NCBI GenBank assembly: GCA_033551855.1
Contig: JAWSUI010000001.1
Location: forward strand, 186,691-250,690
DNA: 64,000 nt
DNA from: Deferrisomatales bacterium
GTDB taxonomy: Bacteria > Desulfobacterota > Deferrisomatia > Deferrisomatales > JACRMM01
Reading direction: 5' to 3'
The notes below the pieces were generated by a model. That model did not search any database. It was not told where the DNA came from and saw only the letters and a program-made list of their open reading frames with translations. The translations under genes were made by a program, and so were the position numbers. Below, in pieces: positions 33,389 through 44,627 of the stretch; the first letter of the stretch is position 1, and every line of letters begins with the position of its first letter.

Positions 33389-34531
33389 ATGGAGCTCGAG
33401 CTTACGGAGGAACAGCGCCTGGTCCAGGAGATGGTGCGCCGCTTCGCGGAGAACGAGATCGCACCCATCGCCGACGAGATCGACCGGAGCGAGACCTTCC
33501 CCCGGGAAACCCTCAAGAAGATGGCCGAGCTGGGGCTCATGAGCATGCTCGTGCCCGAGGAATCCGGGGGAACGGGCATGGGGGCCGTGGCCTACTGCCT
33601 CGCCCTCCTGGAGATAGGGGCGGCCTGCTCGAGCCACGCGGTCACGACCTCGGTGACGAACATGGTGTGCGAGGGGATCCACCGTTTCGGCACACCGGAG
33701 CAGCGAGCCCGTTACATCCCCCGCATCTCCTCCGGGGAATACGCCGCTGCCGCCTTCGCCCTCACCGAGCCCAACGCCGGGTCCGACGCCGGCAGCCTGC
33801 GAACCACGGCGGATCGGGACGGCAGTCACTACGTGCTCAACGGCACCAAGGTCTTCATCACGTCGGGCTCCTACGCCGGGGTCTTCATGGTGGCAGCCAA
33901 GACCGACCGGGACGCTGGGAAGGCCGGCATGAGCGTCTTTCTGGTGGAACGCGACACCCCCGGGCTGAAGGTGGGCCGGAAGGAGGAGAAGCTCGGACAG
34001 AGGGCCTCCGACACCGTGGAGATCGTCCTCGAGGAGTGCCGGGTGCCCGCCGAGAACCGGCTGGGCTCCGAGGGAGACGGGTTCAAGATCATGCTCTCGA
34101 GCCTGGACGGCGGGCGCATCGGGATCTCGGCGAATTCCTGCGGCCTGGCCCGGGCGGCCTTGACCTCCGCGGCCAACTATGCGAAAGAGCGGCGCCAGTT
34201 CGGCCGGCCCATCGCCGATTTCCAGGCCATCCAGTGGAAGCTCGCGGAGATGGCCACGCAACTCGACGCGGCGACCTTGTTGACGCTGCGCGCCGCCCAG
34301 AAGAAGGAAGCCGGCAGGGGCTACACCCAGGAGGCCAGCATGGCCAAGGTCTACGCCACAGAGATGGTGCAGCGCGTCTGTCGAGAGGCCATCCAGATCC
34401 ACGGCGGCTACGGTTACATTCGGGAATATCCCGTGGAGCGCTACTTCCGGGATTCCATGGCGGTTACCCTGTATGAGGGCACGAGCGAGGTGCAGCGCCT
34501 CGTCATCTCGCGCAACCTGCTGGCGAGCTGA
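33389..34531 (+). CDS. Second acyl-CoA dehydrogenase (short/branched chain)
   Basis: [37 protein letters not shown]. Confidence 0.92.
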   Translation: MELELTEEQRLVQEMVRRFAENEIAPIADEIDRSETFPRETLKKMAELGLMSMLVPEESGGTGMGAVAYCLALLEIGAACSSHAVTTSVTNMVCEGIHRFGTPEQRARYIPRISSGEYAAAAFALTEPNAGSDAGSLRTTADRDGSHYVLNGTKVFITSGSYAGVFMVAAKTDRDAGKAGMSVFLVERDTPGLKVGRKEEKLGQRASDTVEIVLEECRVPAENRLGSEGDGFKIMLSSLDGGRIGISANSCGLARAALTSAANYAKERRQFGRPIADFQAIQWKLAEMATQLDAATLLTLRAAQKKEAGRGYTQEASMAKVYATEMVQRVCREAIQIHGGYGYIREYPVERYFRDSMAVTLYEGTSEVQRLVISRNLLAS

Positions 34532-34577
34532 GCGGGCGCCGGGAGGCTCCCTCGTGCTTCCTCGGGAAGGATCGACG

Positions 34578-36251
34578 ATGGCAGAGACCAGGCTCGAGGA
34601 GATTCGGCGGGAGACCGAGCGCTGGGGGGCCGGCGTGGATGAGGCCACTCGGCGGCACCCCGAACGGCAGGGCGAGTTCCGGAGCCTTTCCGACATTCCC
34701 ATCGCGCGGCTGTATACTCCGGAGGACGTGGCCGGCCTGGATTACCTCCGGGACCTGGGCTATCCGGGGGAGTACCCCTTCACCCGCGGCGTCCAGTCCA
34801 CCATGTACCGCGGGCGCCTCTGGACCATGCGCCAGTTCTCCGGCTTCGGCACCGCCGAGGAGACGAACCGGCGGTACAAGTATCTCCTCGAGCACGGCCA
34901 GACCGGCCTCTCCGTGGCGTTCCACTTTCCCACCCTCAACGGCGTGAGCTCCGACCACCGGCTGTCCCGAGGAGAGGTGGGCAAGTGCGGCGTGGCCATC
35001 GACAGCCTGCGGGACATGGAAGTGCTCTTCGACGGCATTCCCTTGGACAAGGTCACGACGTCGATGACCGTGAACCATCCCGGGCCCGTCCTCCTCGCCA
35101 TGTACCTCGCAGTCGCGGAGAAGCAAGGGGTGGCCTGGAGCCAGGTGGGCGGCACGGTCCAGAACGACCCCCTAAAGGAGTTCTTTGCACAGAAGTCGTA
35201 CATCTGGCCCCCCAGGGAGAGCGTGCGCCTGCTGGTGGACACGATGGAGTTCTGCGCCAAGCACGTGCCCAAGTGGCACCCGGTCTCCATCTCCGGGTAC
35301 CACATCCGGGAGGCCGGGAGCACGGCCCAGCAGGAGCTGGCCTTCACCCTCGCCGACGGCATCGCCTACGTTGAGGCGGCCGTGGCCCGGGGTCTCGACG
35401 TGGACAACTTCGCGCCCCACCTCTCGTTCTTCTTCGACGCCCACATGGACTTCTTCGAGGAGATCGCCAAGTTCCGCGCGGCCCGCCGGCTGTGGGCGCG
35501 GATCATGCGGGAGCGGTTCGGCGCCAAGGACCCCAAGAGCCTCTGGATGCGCTTCCACACCCAGACCGCCGGGGTGAGCCTCACGGCGCAGCAGCCCTTG
35601 AACAACATCGTCCGGACGGCGTTCGAGGCCCTCTCGGCGGTCCTGGGCGGCACCCAGAGCCTCCACACCAACTCCTATGACGAAGCGGAGGCCCTGCCCA
35701 CGGAGGAGGCCGTTACGGTGGCCCTGCGCACCCAGCAGATCATCGCCCACGAGACCGGCGTGGCGAACACGGTGGACCCCCTGGCGGGCTCCTACTTCGT
35801 CGAGTCCCTGACAGACAAGATGGAGCGTGCCGCGGAGGAGTACATCCGCAAGATCGACGAGCTCGGCGGCATGGTGGCCGCCGTGGAGGCCGGATACCCG
35901 CAGGGCGAGATCATTCGGGCCTCCATGAAGTTCCAGAAGGCCGTGGAGAGCGGGGAGAAGGTCATCGTGGGCGTGAACCGGTTCGCGATGGACGAGGGGA
36001 AGACCATCCCCCTCCTCAAGATCGGCGACAGCGCCGAGAAGTCCCAGCTCGCCCGGATCGCCGAGACCAAGAAGAACCGCGACAACGCCGCGGTGGAGCG
36101 TTGCCTCGACCGGGTGCGCGAGGCGGCGCGCTGCGGGGAGAACCTCATGTACCCGATCGTCGAGGCAGCGAAGGAGTACGCCCTGCTCGGGGAGGTGTGC
36201 GGCGCCCTCGTCGATGTGTTCGGCGCCTATCAGGATCCGGCGGTCTTCTGA
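34578..36251 (+). CDS. icmA: Acyl-CoA mutase large subunit with isobutyryl-CoA mutase specificity residues
   Basis: [16 protein letters not shown] (Phe at the MCM Tyr89 position), [12 protein letters not shown] (Gln at the MCM Arg207 position), [20 protein letters not shown]. Confidence 0.8.
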   Translation: MAETRLEEIRRETERWGAGVDEATRRHPERQGEFRSLSDIPIARLYTPEDVAGLDYLRDLGYPGEYPFTRGVQSTMYRGRLWTMRQFSGFGTAEETNRRYKYLLEHGQTGLSVAFHFPTLNGVSSDHRLSRGEVGKCGVAIDSLRDMEVLFDGIPLDKVTTSMTVNHPGPVLLAMYLAVAEKQGVAWSQVGGTVQNDPLKEFFAQKSYIWPPRESVRLLVDTMEFCAKHVPKWHPVSISGYHIREAGSTAQQELAFTLADGIAYVEAAVARGLDVDNFAPHLSFFFDAHMDFFEEIAKFRAARRLWARIMRERFGAKDPKSLWMRFHTQTAGVSLTAQQPLNNIVRTAFEALSAVLGGTQSLHTNSYDEAEALPTEEAVTVALRTQQIIAHETGVANTVDPLAGSYFVESLTDKMERAAEEYIRKIDELGGMVAAVEAGYPQGEIIRASMKFQKAVESGEKVIVGVNRFAMDEGKTIPLLKIGDSAEKSQLARIAETKKNRDNAAVERCLDRVREAARCGENLMYPIVEAAKEYALLGEVCGALVDVFGAYQDPAVF

Positions 36252-36324
36252 CGGGGCAGGCGAAACCTCCGCAGGAGCGGCGCATGGGTCGCCCCTGCGC
36301 AACAGCGCGAAGGATCCAGCGAGC

Positions 36325-36714
36325 ATGAAGAAGGTCCGCGTTCTCATCGCGAAGCCCGGCCTGGACGGGCACGACCGAGGGGCAAAGGTGGTGGCCAAGC
36401 ACCTGCAGGAGAGCGGGTACGAGGTGGTCTACACGGGACTGCACCAGAGCCCGGAGCAGATCGTGTCCGCCGCGCTCCAGGAGGCCGTGGACGTCATCGG
36501 GATCTCGGTCCTGTCGGGCTCGCACAACTACGTATTCCCCGCGGTCATGGACCTGCTCCGAGAGAAGGGGATGGGAGACGTGCTGGTCTTCGGGGGCGGC
36601 ACCATCCCGGAGGACGAGATCCCGCAGCTCCTGGCCGCCGGCGTCAAGGCACTGTTCCGGCCGGGGACCGCCCTGAAGGAGATCACCAATTTCCTGAAGG
36701 CCCATGTGGGGTAG
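36325..36714 (+). CDS. icmB: Cobalamin-binding small subunit of acyl-CoA mutase
   Basis: KPGLDGHDRGAK (DxHxxG motif), SVLSGSH, GGTIP. Confidence 0.85.
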   Translation: MKKVRVLIAKPGLDGHDRGAKVVAKHLQESGYEVVYTGLHQSPEQIVSAALQEAVDVIGISVLSGSHNYVFPAVMDLLREKGMGDVLVFGGGTIPEDEIPQLLAAGVKALFRPGTALKEITNFLKAHVG

Positions 36715-36789
36715 GTGCCGTTGGGTGACTCCGGGCCGCGGGCGTGGCGGCTGCTCCCCCGGGGGTGGGGGACGGGAAAGGCAAGGATC

Positions 36790-37737
36790 ATGCGCTACGT
36801 CGAAGAGGCCCTGAGGGGCAACCAGCTCGCGGGCGCCCGGCTGATCCGGCTCCTGGAAGAGGGGGAGCCGGAGGGCATCGGGGCCCTCAAAGCCCTGTAT
36901 CCCCACACCGGCAGGGCCTTCATCCTGGGGATCACGGGTCCTCCGGGGGCCGGAAAGTCGACCCTGGTGGACCGCATCATCGGGGAGTTCCGTGCCCGGG
37001 GGAAGACGGTGGGGGTCGTGGCGGTGGATCCCTCCAGCCCCTTTTCGGGGGGCGCGATCCTGGGGGACCGGGTGCGGATGCAGCGCCACGCCACCGACGA
37101 GGGGGTGTTCGTGCGCTCCATGGCGACCCGGGGCCACTTGGGGGGGCTGAGCCGAGCCACCGGCGAGGCCGTGCTCGTTCTCGATGCCATGGGGTACGAG
37201 GTGATCCTGGTGGAGACCGTGGGGGTGGGGCAGGACGAGGTGGAGGTGGTCGACCTGGCCCACACGACCGCCGTGGTGAGCCTGCCCGGCCTGGGGGACG
37301 ACATCCAGGCGATGAAGGCCGGCATCCTGGAGATCGGAGACCTCTTCATCGTCAACAAGGCCGACAAGCCCGGCGCCGATGAGGTGGTGAAGCAACTCGC
37401 CATCATGCTCGAGATGCGCCACACGCCGCCGGAAGAGTGGCAGCCGCGCGTGCTGCGGACCGTCGCGGTCAAAGGGGAGGGTGTCCCCGAGTTGGTGGAT
37501 GCCTTCCTGGACCACCGGAGCCACCTCCGGGACTCCGGCAAGCTCACCGAGCGGATGGTGTACCGCGAGCTCCACTTCTTCCGGCAGCTCGTCCGGGAGC
37601 TAGCCGCAGACAAGATCTTCGCCGCCGTGGAGGGGAAGCCCCGCTTCGAGGCCCTACTCGGTGCCCTCCGCTCCCGGGAAACCGATCCCTACTCCGCCGC
37701 GGAGCGGCTCGTGGCGTCCCTCGAGCTCCGCTTCTGA
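36790..37737 (+). CDS. meaB: MeaB/ArgK GTPase chaperone of B12 mutases
   Basis: GITGPPGAGKST, DPSSPFSGGAILGDRVRM, ETVGVGQDE, VNKAD. Confidence 0.93.
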   Translation: MRYVEEALRGNQLAGARLIRLLEEGEPEGIGALKALYPHTGRAFILGITGPPGAGKSTLVDRIIGEFRARGKTVGVVAVDPSSPFSGGAILGDRVRMQRHATDEGVFVRSMATRGHLGGLSRATGEAVLVLDAMGYEVILVETVGVGQDEVEVVDLAHTTAVVSLPGLGDDIQAMKAGILEIGDLFIVNKADKPGADEVVKQLAIMLEMRHTPPEEWQPRVLRTVAVKGEGVPELVDAFLDHRSHLRDSGKLTERMVYRELHFFRQLVRELAADKIFAAVEGKPRFEALLGALRSRETDPYSAAERLVASLELRF

Positions 37738-37967
37738 GGCGGCCATGACCTTCGGTCGCCCCGAGGGCTGAAGCCGCAAGCCGGGCGGTTCCGGCCAAGC
37801 GGGTATCGCCCGCCGATTCCGGTGAGGCGGTCCCCCCGACCGCCTCCGGTACGGGGCGTGGGCGAGACGGGTTTCCGCACCGGCGCCCCCCGCGTCGCCT
37901 CACCCCCCAACCGGATGGCGGAGAGGGCCCCTCCGGGTCTCGGCAGCTCCCCCCGGCGGGCGTCCGC

Positions 37968-38165
37968 CTAGTGGAGCTCCCCGTCCCGGGGCTGCTCTCC
38001 GCGCTCTCCCTCTCGCTCTCCGAGGACGAGGACGATCGCCTCCGCGAGGCTTGCCTTCGCGGCTTCGAGAGTCGGCCCCCTCGCGGTGAGGCCGGGGATC
38101 TCGACGCAATGCACCGCATACCAACCTCGTTCCTGCTGCACGATGGCCGTGTATTGGGTCGTCAT
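37968..38165 (-). CDS. Short HicB-family protein (orphan antitoxin-like)
   Basis: YTAIVQQERGWYAVHCVEIPGLTARGPTLEAAKASLAEAI matches the HicB partial RNase H fold pattern; GGAGG and TTGACA upstream. Confidence 0.7.
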   Translation of the reverse strand: MTTQYTAIVQQERGWYAVHCVEIPGLTARGPTLEAAKASLAEAIVLVLGEREGERGEQPRDGELH

Positions 38166-38489
38166 GGTCAAATGCCTTTCCGTAGGCCTCCTCCCCCAAA
38201 CGGTTCTAATGTGACTCTTCCGCTCCTCTTTGTCAAAGCCTCGGGGCTCCCAGGATTCCCCGGCTGGCACGTGCTCGGGGTCGGGGAGCCCGGCATCTAG
38301 TGGTGGATCGTGGGCGCCGCGCCGGTGCACCGCCTCCCGTTTCACGTCCCGGTCCTTCCGGCATGGGGCTGCGCGGGAGGGTCTGGCCGAGGGAAGCGTT
38401 GACCCTGAGGCCCCGAGGGGGTAGAAAGCGCTGACGGGGGACGGCGGGGCCGGCGGGCGACCGGGGGTCCCTGGAACGGAGAGGCATCC

Positions 38490-38681
38490 GTGGCGCGCAC
38501 AGAGGACAAGTCGTTCGTGGTCGCCGAGGTCCTTGACGGGCTCGAGCGGGCGACCCGGGAAGTCGGCAAGAGCCTGGACTCGATGCGGGGCCGCCTGGAC
38601 TACGAACGCCTGGGACGGGCCCGGGAGGCGCTGGGAAAGGTCGTGGGCGCGCTCGACGCCCTGCTGGCCGAGAAAGCCTGA
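38490..38681 (+). CDS. Small helical hypothetical protein
   Basis: GGAGAGG RBS before GTG; 63-aa amphipathic ORF with host-like codon usage. Confidence 0.55.
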   Translation: MARTEDKSFVVAEVLDGLERATREVGKSLDSMRGRLDYERLGRAREALGKVVGALDALLAEKA

Positions 38682-38715
38682 CGGGGCACCTCCCGATCGG
38701 GCTTCGGCGGGCGTT

Positions 38716-39150
38716 TCACGGGGCGGTGATGAGCCGCCGGATGCCATCCCGGAACAGCACCTCCACCTTGTTGGGCGGCAGCACCTTGCGCACGAGGCCG
38801 AGCCCGAAGGTGGGGTGATCGAGCAGGCTTCCGGCCCGGAAGACGAGGCCGGCAGGACGGTAGGCCACAGCGTCCGCAGGGTCTCTCTTCCCCACGCCGG
38901 CAGCCCACTCCTGTTCGACGGCAGAGGGGCGCGAGGCGCGCCGAGGGGGAACGGCCTTGGGAGCCCCCTGGCCCCGAAGGGGGGCCGGCACCGTCGCGGG
39001 ACGGTAGTTGTGGACCCCCTCGCACACCGTGCACGCGACTCGGGCGGGAGCGCTCCCCATCAAGGAGACGATCAGGTGGCGCGTGTCTCGGCGGCACTTG
39101 GTGCACCGGGACCGGACGGAATCTCCTACACAGGGGGCGCTGGCGGCCAT
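38716..39150 (-). CDS. Conserved hypothetical protein with a zinc-ribbon-like N-terminus
   Basis: CTKC...H...CTVC...H; C-terminal HPTFGLG.V...KVEVLF SH3-like motif; AGGAG RBS. Confidence 0.7.
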   Translation of the reverse strand: MAASAPCVGDSVRSRCTKCRRDTRHLIVSLMGSAPARVACTVCEGVHNYRPATVPAPLRGQGAPKAVPPRRASRPSAVEQEWAAGVGKRDPADAVAYRPAGLVFRAGSLLDHPTFGLGLVRKVLPPNKVEVLFRDGIRRLITAP

Positions 39151-39240
39151 GGGGTTCTCCTGGGGCCCGGATTGGCCCTGGTGGGGGGAGGGGGTCGCGA
39201 GAGGGACGGGACGGGGCGACAGGGCGGTGCGCACGAACGA

Positions 39241-39272
39241 AAAGGGCGGGCCCCAGACGGGGCCCGCCCTTT
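39241..39272 (-). terminator. Rho-independent terminator after cspA
   Basis: AAAGGGCGGGCCCC-AGAC-GGGGCCCGCCCTTT hairpin. Confidence 0.75.
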
Positions 39273-39291
39273 GTGTCGCGAGAGCGCCCGA

Positions 39292-39495
39292 TCAGGCGCT
39301 ACGGACGTTGGACGCCTGGGCGCCCTTCGGTCCCTGGGTCACCTCGAACTCCACCGCCTGACCCTCGGTCAGGGTCTTGAACCCCTGCCCCTGGATGGCG
39401 CTGAAGTGCACGAAGACATCGGGTCCCCCGTTGTCCTGCGTGATGAACCCGAAACCCTTCTGGTCGTTGAACCACTTCACGGTTCCTCTTGCCAT
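39292..39495 (-). CDS. cspA: Cold-shock protein
   Basis: [18 protein letters not shown]...[12 protein letters not shown]1/RNP2 motifs; 67 aa; GGAGGT RBS. Confidence 0.95.
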   Translation of the reverse strand: MARGTVKWFNDQKGFGFITQDNGGPDVFVHFSAIQGQGFKTLTEGQAVEFEVTQGPKGAQASNVRSA

Positions 39496-39754
39496 GGTGC
39501 GTACCTCCTTTCCTCTGAGACTCTGGGCTGTCGACCCATGTGAAGCACTTGCGATGGCTCGAAACGCCCAGAGAGGAGGATCTCCGCCCTGGCTCTTTCT
39601 TGTTCCATCGGAGTGGCTCGTCGCGACCCGGACGGCGTACACGAGAAAGGGAGCCAGCCTACCTGAGGCCCCTCCCTTTCGAAGTCTGCCGCTCGGTACC
39701 TGCCGCGGGGGGGCTGGGCCCGGCACAAGCCGTACCTCGCTCCCAGCCCGGCGG

Positions 39755-39783
39755 AGTGTACTCAGTCCTTGACCGGAAGTCAA
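39755..39783 (-). promoter_or_regulatory. Sigma70 promoter for cspA with a long 5' leader
   Basis: TTGACT-17 nt-TACACT on the minus strand. Confidence 0.7.
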
Positions 39784-40026
39784 CCGGATTCTTGAACGCC
39801 GAATCTTGGCGTTCTTCCGGGGAGGGGCGGAGGGACGCAATAAACTTCGTGCGGGGCGCTGGGGGAGCTTGTCCGCCGCCGGGCACGACCGCCCCCTGTG
39901 GGAACCCTTCTCGATTTTCGATCGGGCTTGTAGGTAAAATGCGGTTGCGGGCCCAGGCGAGATTCCCGGCCGTCGGGAACGGCCTTCCCGTCCTCGGAGG
40001 CGTCCGTGGGAGGTTTGCAGGTGCCG

Positions 40027-42084
40027 ATGCATGTCCGCCCGTGGCGCAACTGGGGGCTCGCGACCAAGCTCTTCGTCAGCTTCCTGTTTCTCTCCCTGCT
40101 TCCCATCGGGGTGATGTCGGCGTTGTCCTTTCGCCACCTCGCCACCATCCAGGCGGTCTCCGTCCAGGAGACCCGGACGGTGCTTCTCTCGGGGCAACTC
40201 GGCCGCCTGGGGGAGCGGCTGGGGCAGGAGGCCGACCGGCTCTCGGTGCTCTTTTCGCGCCTCCAGGACGAAGCTCACGGGTTGGCGTTCATGGCCGGCG
40301 CGGTGCTGGCCGAGCCGGGGGCTTTCCGGTATCGGAACGGGAGCCGCTACCGGCTCGGTCCCGGCGGCAGCTACGGCAATGAGATCGAAGACGGCAACTC
40401 GGTGCTCTTCGTTCCGCAGCACAGCCCCGCTTTGGGGGACTTGGTGGAGGCAACCGAGTCCCTGGACCTGGTTCTCCGGCCCTTGGCCGGGCGCGAGCCC
40501 CGGATGGTGCTGGCGTGGGTGATCTTCGAGGAGGGTCTGACGCGGGCCTTCCCCTGGCGGGATTTTGGGGCGATGCCGCGGGACAAGGACTATACGACGT
40601 GGCACTTCTACTATCTGGCGGGCCCGGACCACAACCCGGCAAGGGGCGAGGTCTTCACCGACCCATACGTCGATCCCCTGACGGGCGAGTGGATGATCTC
40701 CTGCCTCTCCCCTGTGTACCTGGGCGGGAGGCACCGTGCCACCGCCGGGATCGACATCACGATCCAGAAGCTGCTCACTGCGATCGAGGAGATCCGCCTC
40801 TCCGGAGAGTCCAGCTCGCTCCTCCTCTCCGGGGGCGGCGGGATCATCGCGGCCTCGGTCAATCTGCCCCTCGAGGCGCTGGGGCTGGACTCCGGGGCGC
40901 CGCCCCACGGGCAGGAGCTGGCGTCGTCGTCCCGTTCCTCGGTGACGGATCTGGCGGCGCGGCTGCGCGGGGGGGCCGTGGAGAGCGTCGAGCGGCTGGT
41001 GGCTGGAGACCACCTGTTCCTGGTGGGTTCGGTGAGCGTCTTCCCCCCCGGCTGGCGGCTCGTCCTCCTGGTCCCGGAGAACGACGTGGTGGAGTCCGCC
41101 TACCAGAGCGTGGCGGGCGTGGTCCGCGAGACCGTGCGCGTGCGGCGAAACTTCATCCACATCCTCGCGTTCGCCCTCGTCGGGATCGCGGGACTCACCT
41201 GGCTCGTGCTCGCCCACCAGTCTCGGGGCCTGCGAACGCTGCTCTCGGCCATCCGCCGCTTCGGGGCAGGGGAGCTCTCCCATCGCGCCGAGGGGGGGGC
41301 GGGGGAGTTCGGACAGCTTGCCGGCGCCTTGAACTCCATGGCCGCGGGGCTCCAGGAGAAGAAGCGGGAGCTCGAGAGGGTGCACGCCGAGATGGAGCAG
41401 AGCCGGAAGCTCGCCGCGGTGGGCCGGCTCGCTGCAGGGGTGGCCCACGAGGTCAACAATCCGCTTGCTACGATTTCCACCTACACCCAACTGCTCCGCC
41501 GCCGCCCGGACCTGTCGCCGGAGGCGAGGGAAAGCCTGCAGGTCGTGGAGGGAGAGATCGGCCGCATCCAAGAGAAACTGCGAAACCTCCTGGATCTGTC
41601 CCGCCTGCAGAGCCCGGTGAAGACGTACCTCGCACTGGACCCCCTGGTGCAGGAGGTGGCGGAGCTCTCGCGCCACGAGGCGGCGGCCCGGGGGATCACG
41701 TTGGAGGTGGCGTTGGGGGCCGGCGGGCGGACCCTGTGGGGCGACCGCTCGGGCTTGAAGCAGGTCCTGTGGAACCTCTTGGGCAATGCCATCGACGCTC
41801 AGCCGTCCGGGGGGAGGGTGGTGGTGCGCACGGGGTCCGACGGGGGGCCGGACGGCGCCCTTCGTCTCGAGGTGGAGGACGACGGCCCGGGCATCCCCGA
41901 GACGTTGATGCCCAAGATCTTCGAGCCGTTCTTCACCACCAAGGAGGTGGGAAGGGGCACCGGTTTGGGGCTCGCGGTGGTGTATCGGATCGTGGAGGGC
42001 CACGGGGGCCGCATCGAGGTCGAGAACCTCCTGCCCCGGGGGTGTCGTTTCCGGGTGGTGCTGCCCCGCGGAGGTGAGGCATGA
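40027..42084 (+). CDS. Sensor histidine kinase with periplasmic Cache-type domain and HAMP
   Basis: TM helix, then WHFYY...FTDPYVDP Cache motif, TM helix, [23 protein letters not shown]. Confidence 0.9.
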   Translation: MHVRPWRNWGLATKLFVSFLFLSLLPIGVMSALSFRHLATIQAVSVQETRTVLLSGQLGRLGERLGQEADRLSVLFSRLQDEAHGLAFMAGAVLAEPGAFRYRNGSRYRLGPGGSYGNEIEDGNSVLFVPQHSPALGDLVEATESLDLVLRPLAGREPRMVLAWVIFEEGLTRAFPWRDFGAMPRDKDYTTWHFYYLAGPDHNPARGEVFTDPYVDPLTGEWMISCLSPVYLGGRHRATAGIDITIQKLLTAIEEIRLSGESSSLLLSGGGGIIAASVNLPLEALGLDSGAPPHGQELASSSRSSVTDLAARLRGGAVESVERLVAGDHLFLVGSVSVFPPGWRLVLLVPENDVVESAYQSVAGVVRETVRVRRNFIHILAFALVGIAGLTWLVLAHQSRGLRTLLSAIRRFGAGELSHRAEGGAGEFGQLAGALNSMAAGLQEKKRELERVHAEMEQSRKLAAVGRLAAGVAHEVNNPLATISTYTQLLRRRPDLSPEARESLQVVEGEIGRIQEKLRNLLDLSRLQSPVKTYLALDPLVQEVAELSRHEAAARGITLEVALGAGGRTLWGDRSGLKQVLWNLLGNAIDAQPSGGRVVVRTGSDGGPDGALRLEVEDDGPGIPETLMPKIFEPFFTTKEVGRGTGLGLAVVYRIVEGHGGRIEVENLLPRGCRFRVVLPRGGEA

Positions 42085-43472
42085 AGGAGGTCGCCGGTCC
42101 GCGCGTCCTCGTCGTGGATGACGACGTCCGTCTCCTGGAGGCCCTTGTGAAGGCCCTCCGGTCCATGGGCTACGACGCCGAGGGGGAGGCGGACCCGCGG
42201 CTCGGGCTCGACCGGGTCCGGGCGTGGGGACCCGACGCGGTGATCACGGACATGAAGATGCCCGGCCTGAGCGGGGCGGACCTGGCGGAGCAGGCGCAGG
42301 TGCTCCAGCCGGAGCTCCCCGTCCTCGTGCTGACAGGTTACGGCACGATCCGTTCGGCCGTGGAGGCGATGCGGAGGGGGGTCTACGACTACCTGACCAA
42401 ACCCTTCGATCTCGACGAGGTGGACCTGGCGCTCCGGAAAGCCCTGGAGCACCGGGATCTGCGGCGGGAGAACCGCCTTCTGGCGGAGGCCCTGGGCCGG
42501 GTAGGGGAGGCCGAGGGGCTCGTGGGCACCAGCCTGGGAATGCGCGAGCTTCGGGCGCGCATTGCCGCTGTGGCCGCCACGGATTCCACGGTGCTCGTCA
42601 CCGGGGAGAGCGGCACCGGCAAGGAGCTCGTGTCCCGGGCGATCCACGCCGGCGGACCTCGGCGCGACCGCCCCTTCGTCACCGTGGACTGCGCCGGCCT
42701 GCCCGCGGCGCTCCTGGAGAGCGAGCTCTTCGGGCACGCCCGGGGATCCTTCACCGGGGCCCACCGGGAGCGGGCCGGCTACTTCGAGGTGGCGAGCGAC
42801 GGCACGGTCTTCCTGGACGAGATCGGCGAGCTCGAGCTGTCGCTGCAGAAGAAGCTCTTGCGGGTGATCGAGGGACGGACCTTCGCACGGGTGGGGGAGT
42901 CCCAGCGGCGGTCCACGCGGGCCCGGGTGGTGGCTGCCACGAACCGCGACCTGGAGGCCGAGGTACGGGCAGGCCATTTCCGGGAGGACCTCTTCTACCG
43001 GCTGCAGGTCATCGAAATCCGCGTCCCCCCCCTCCGCGAGCGGCTCGAGGACCTCCCCCTGCTCGTCTCCCACCACCTGGAGCGCCTCAACCGGCGCCTG
43101 AACCGGAGGGCGGAGCGGGTGACCCCGCCCGCCCTGGGACGCCTGCGCGCCCACTCCTGGCCCGGTAACGTCCGCGAGCTCGTGAACCTCCTCGAGAGCA
43201 TCCTCACCTTCCACGACGTGCGCGCCGTGGGGGTGGAGCAGCTCCCGTCACACATGGGAGAAGCCCTCTCCCCGGGGCTACCCCCCGGGACCTATCCGGA
43301 GCTCAAGGCGCGGGTTCTCGAGGAGGCGACGAGGCCCTACCTCGCGGCGCTGCTGACCCACTACCGGGGCAACGTAACCCGGGTGGCGGAGCACGCCGGC
43401 CTGGACCGCCGCCACATCCACCGCCTCCTGTCCTCCCTCGACCTCGACCCCAACACGTTCCGCGAAAACTGA
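42081..43472 (+). CDS. Sigma54-dependent response regulator (NtrC family)
   Basis: REC domain; [29 protein letters not shown]; Fis-type HTH. Confidence 0.93.
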   Translation: MKEVAGPRVLVVDDDVRLLEALVKALRSMGYDAEGEADPRLGLDRVRAWGPDAVITDMKMPGLSGADLAEQAQVLQPELPVLVLTGYGTIRSAVEAMRRGVYDYLTKPFDLDEVDLALRKALEHRDLRRENRLLAEALGRVGEAEGLVGTSLGMRELRARIAAVAATDSTVLVTGESGTGKELVSRAIHAGGPRRDRPFVTVDCAGLPAALLESELFGHARGSFTGAHRERAGYFEVASDGTVFLDEIGELELSLQKKLLRVIEGRTFARVGESQRRSTRARVVAATNRDLEAEVRAGHFREDLFYRLQVIEIRVPPLRERLEDLPLLVSHHLERLNRRLNRRAERVTPPALGRLRAHSWPGNVRELVNLLESILTFHDVRAVGVEQLPSHMGEALSPGLPPGTYPELKARVLEEATRPYLAALLTHYRGNVTRVAEHAGLDRRHIHRLLSSLDLDPNTFREN

Positions 43473-43691
43473 GACAGCCCTGTCCCGGAGGGGGCGCTCC
43501 CCGGCGAGGGTGGGACGCCGGCGTCTCGCCTCGCGTTGCGTTACAGAGACACGGATGTCCCGTTGACCGCACTTTTTCCCCCTCCACCCGCGCGACCTCT
43601 AGAACGCGATTTCTCGTGGATGTCAGGAAAAGCCAGTCATATCGGCAGCCTGCGGTGTCGCGCCATGTTTCTTGCGCGTTGCGCAATGGAG

Positions 43692-43706
43692 TGGAACGAA
43701 GTTTGA
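43692..43706 (+). promoter_or_regulatory. Possible sigma54 promoter for the qhp operon
   Basis: TGGAACG-AAGT-TTGA has correct -24/-12 spacing but GA instead of GC at -12; lies just downstream of a sigma54 activator gene. Confidence 0.4.
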
Positions 43707-43759
43707 ATATGCTCTGGGCGCCCTTTTCCCGCGACCGCTACCAAGAAGAGGAGAGACCG

Positions 43760-44608
43760 ATGAAGCGATGGATCGTCACCCTGGGGCTCGCACTCGCGCT
43801 CGGCTGGGCCGGCTCGGCCCGGGCCATCCTGGTGGACCCCTACGACAACATCCTGGCGCCGGACGGCTTCTACGGCCTTGCGTACTTCAACTACTACACG
43901 GCGGACGAGTTCACGGGACCCGGCGGGAGCAAGGCCGCCTCCATCGACCTTACGGCTACCGTTGGGGTCCTCCGGCCCCTGGCCTACTTCCACCTCGGCC
44001 CGGTTCCCATGGCGTTCCAGGTGATCGTGCCCTTCGGAAAGGTCGAGGAGGACAAGGTATTCAAAGAGGATTCGTCCGGGCTGGGTGACATCGTCTTCGG
44101 GCCGGGAATCTTCCTCTACGCGAACGAGAGCTCCGCCACCTACGTGTCCTATTGGTTCTATGTTTTCACCCCCACAGGGGAATGGGACAAGAACCAGGCC
44201 ATCAACCTCGGGCAGAATCACTGGTACTTCGAGCACCAGCTCGCCTTCCACCAGATGCTCGGCAAGGTCGTCTTCGACGCCAACCTGAACTACTACCACC
44301 ACACCGAGGAACCCGACAACGACTTCAAGCTGCCGCCCCGGTTCGAGGCCGAGGCGAGCCTAGCCTATCAGCTCACCGATCAACTGATCCTGGGAGTGAA
44401 CGGGGGGGGCTATTGGGATCTCGACGAAGCCGAGCAAAACGGTTCCTCGGTGTCCGACACCAAGGCCAAGCGCGTCCAGTTCGGCCCGCTCCTGGGATAC
44501 CAGTTCACCGAGAGGTTCGGCGCCAACTTTCGCTGGACCCGGGACATCAGTGCCGCCAACGACACCAAGGGCGACGACGTGTGGCTGCGCGTCGCCTATG
44601 CGTTCTGA
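43760..44608 (+). CDS. Outer-membrane beta-barrel channel (SphA/MetA-pathway transporter-like)
   Basis: Signal peptide, SGLGDI.FGP, PTGEWD...NLGQN motifs, alternating beta strands, C-terminal Phe. Confidence 0.75.
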   Translation: MKRWIVTLGLALALGWAGSARAILVDPYDNILAPDGFYGLAYFNYYTADEFTGPGGSKAASIDLTATVGVLRPLAYFHLGPVPMAFQVIVPFGKVEEDKVFKEDSSGLGDIVFGPGIFLYANESSATYVSYWFYVFTPTGEWDKNQAINLGQNHWYFEHQLAFHQMLGKVVFDANLNYYHHTEEPDNDFKLPPRFEAEASLAYQLTDQLILGVNGGGYWDLDEAEQNGSSVSDTKAKRVQFGPLLGYQFTERFGANFRWTRDISAANDTKGDDVWLRVAYAF

Positions 44609-44627
44609 GCGACGGAGGGACGAAACC

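Noticed and set aside
37740..37960. GC-rich stems after meaB as a possible ncRNA
   Set aside because: No recognisable motif or promoter; such pairing is expected by chance at this GC content between convergent genes.
39292..42003. 903-aa ORF ending in a cold-shock domain (apparent fusion)
   Set aside because: The upstream part is antisense to the sensor kinase; cspA has its own RBS, ATG (39495) and promoter.
43660..43675. CGCCATG-TTTC-TTGC as the qhp sigma54 promoter
   Set aside because: Lacks the invariant GG at -24; the site at 43692 fits better.
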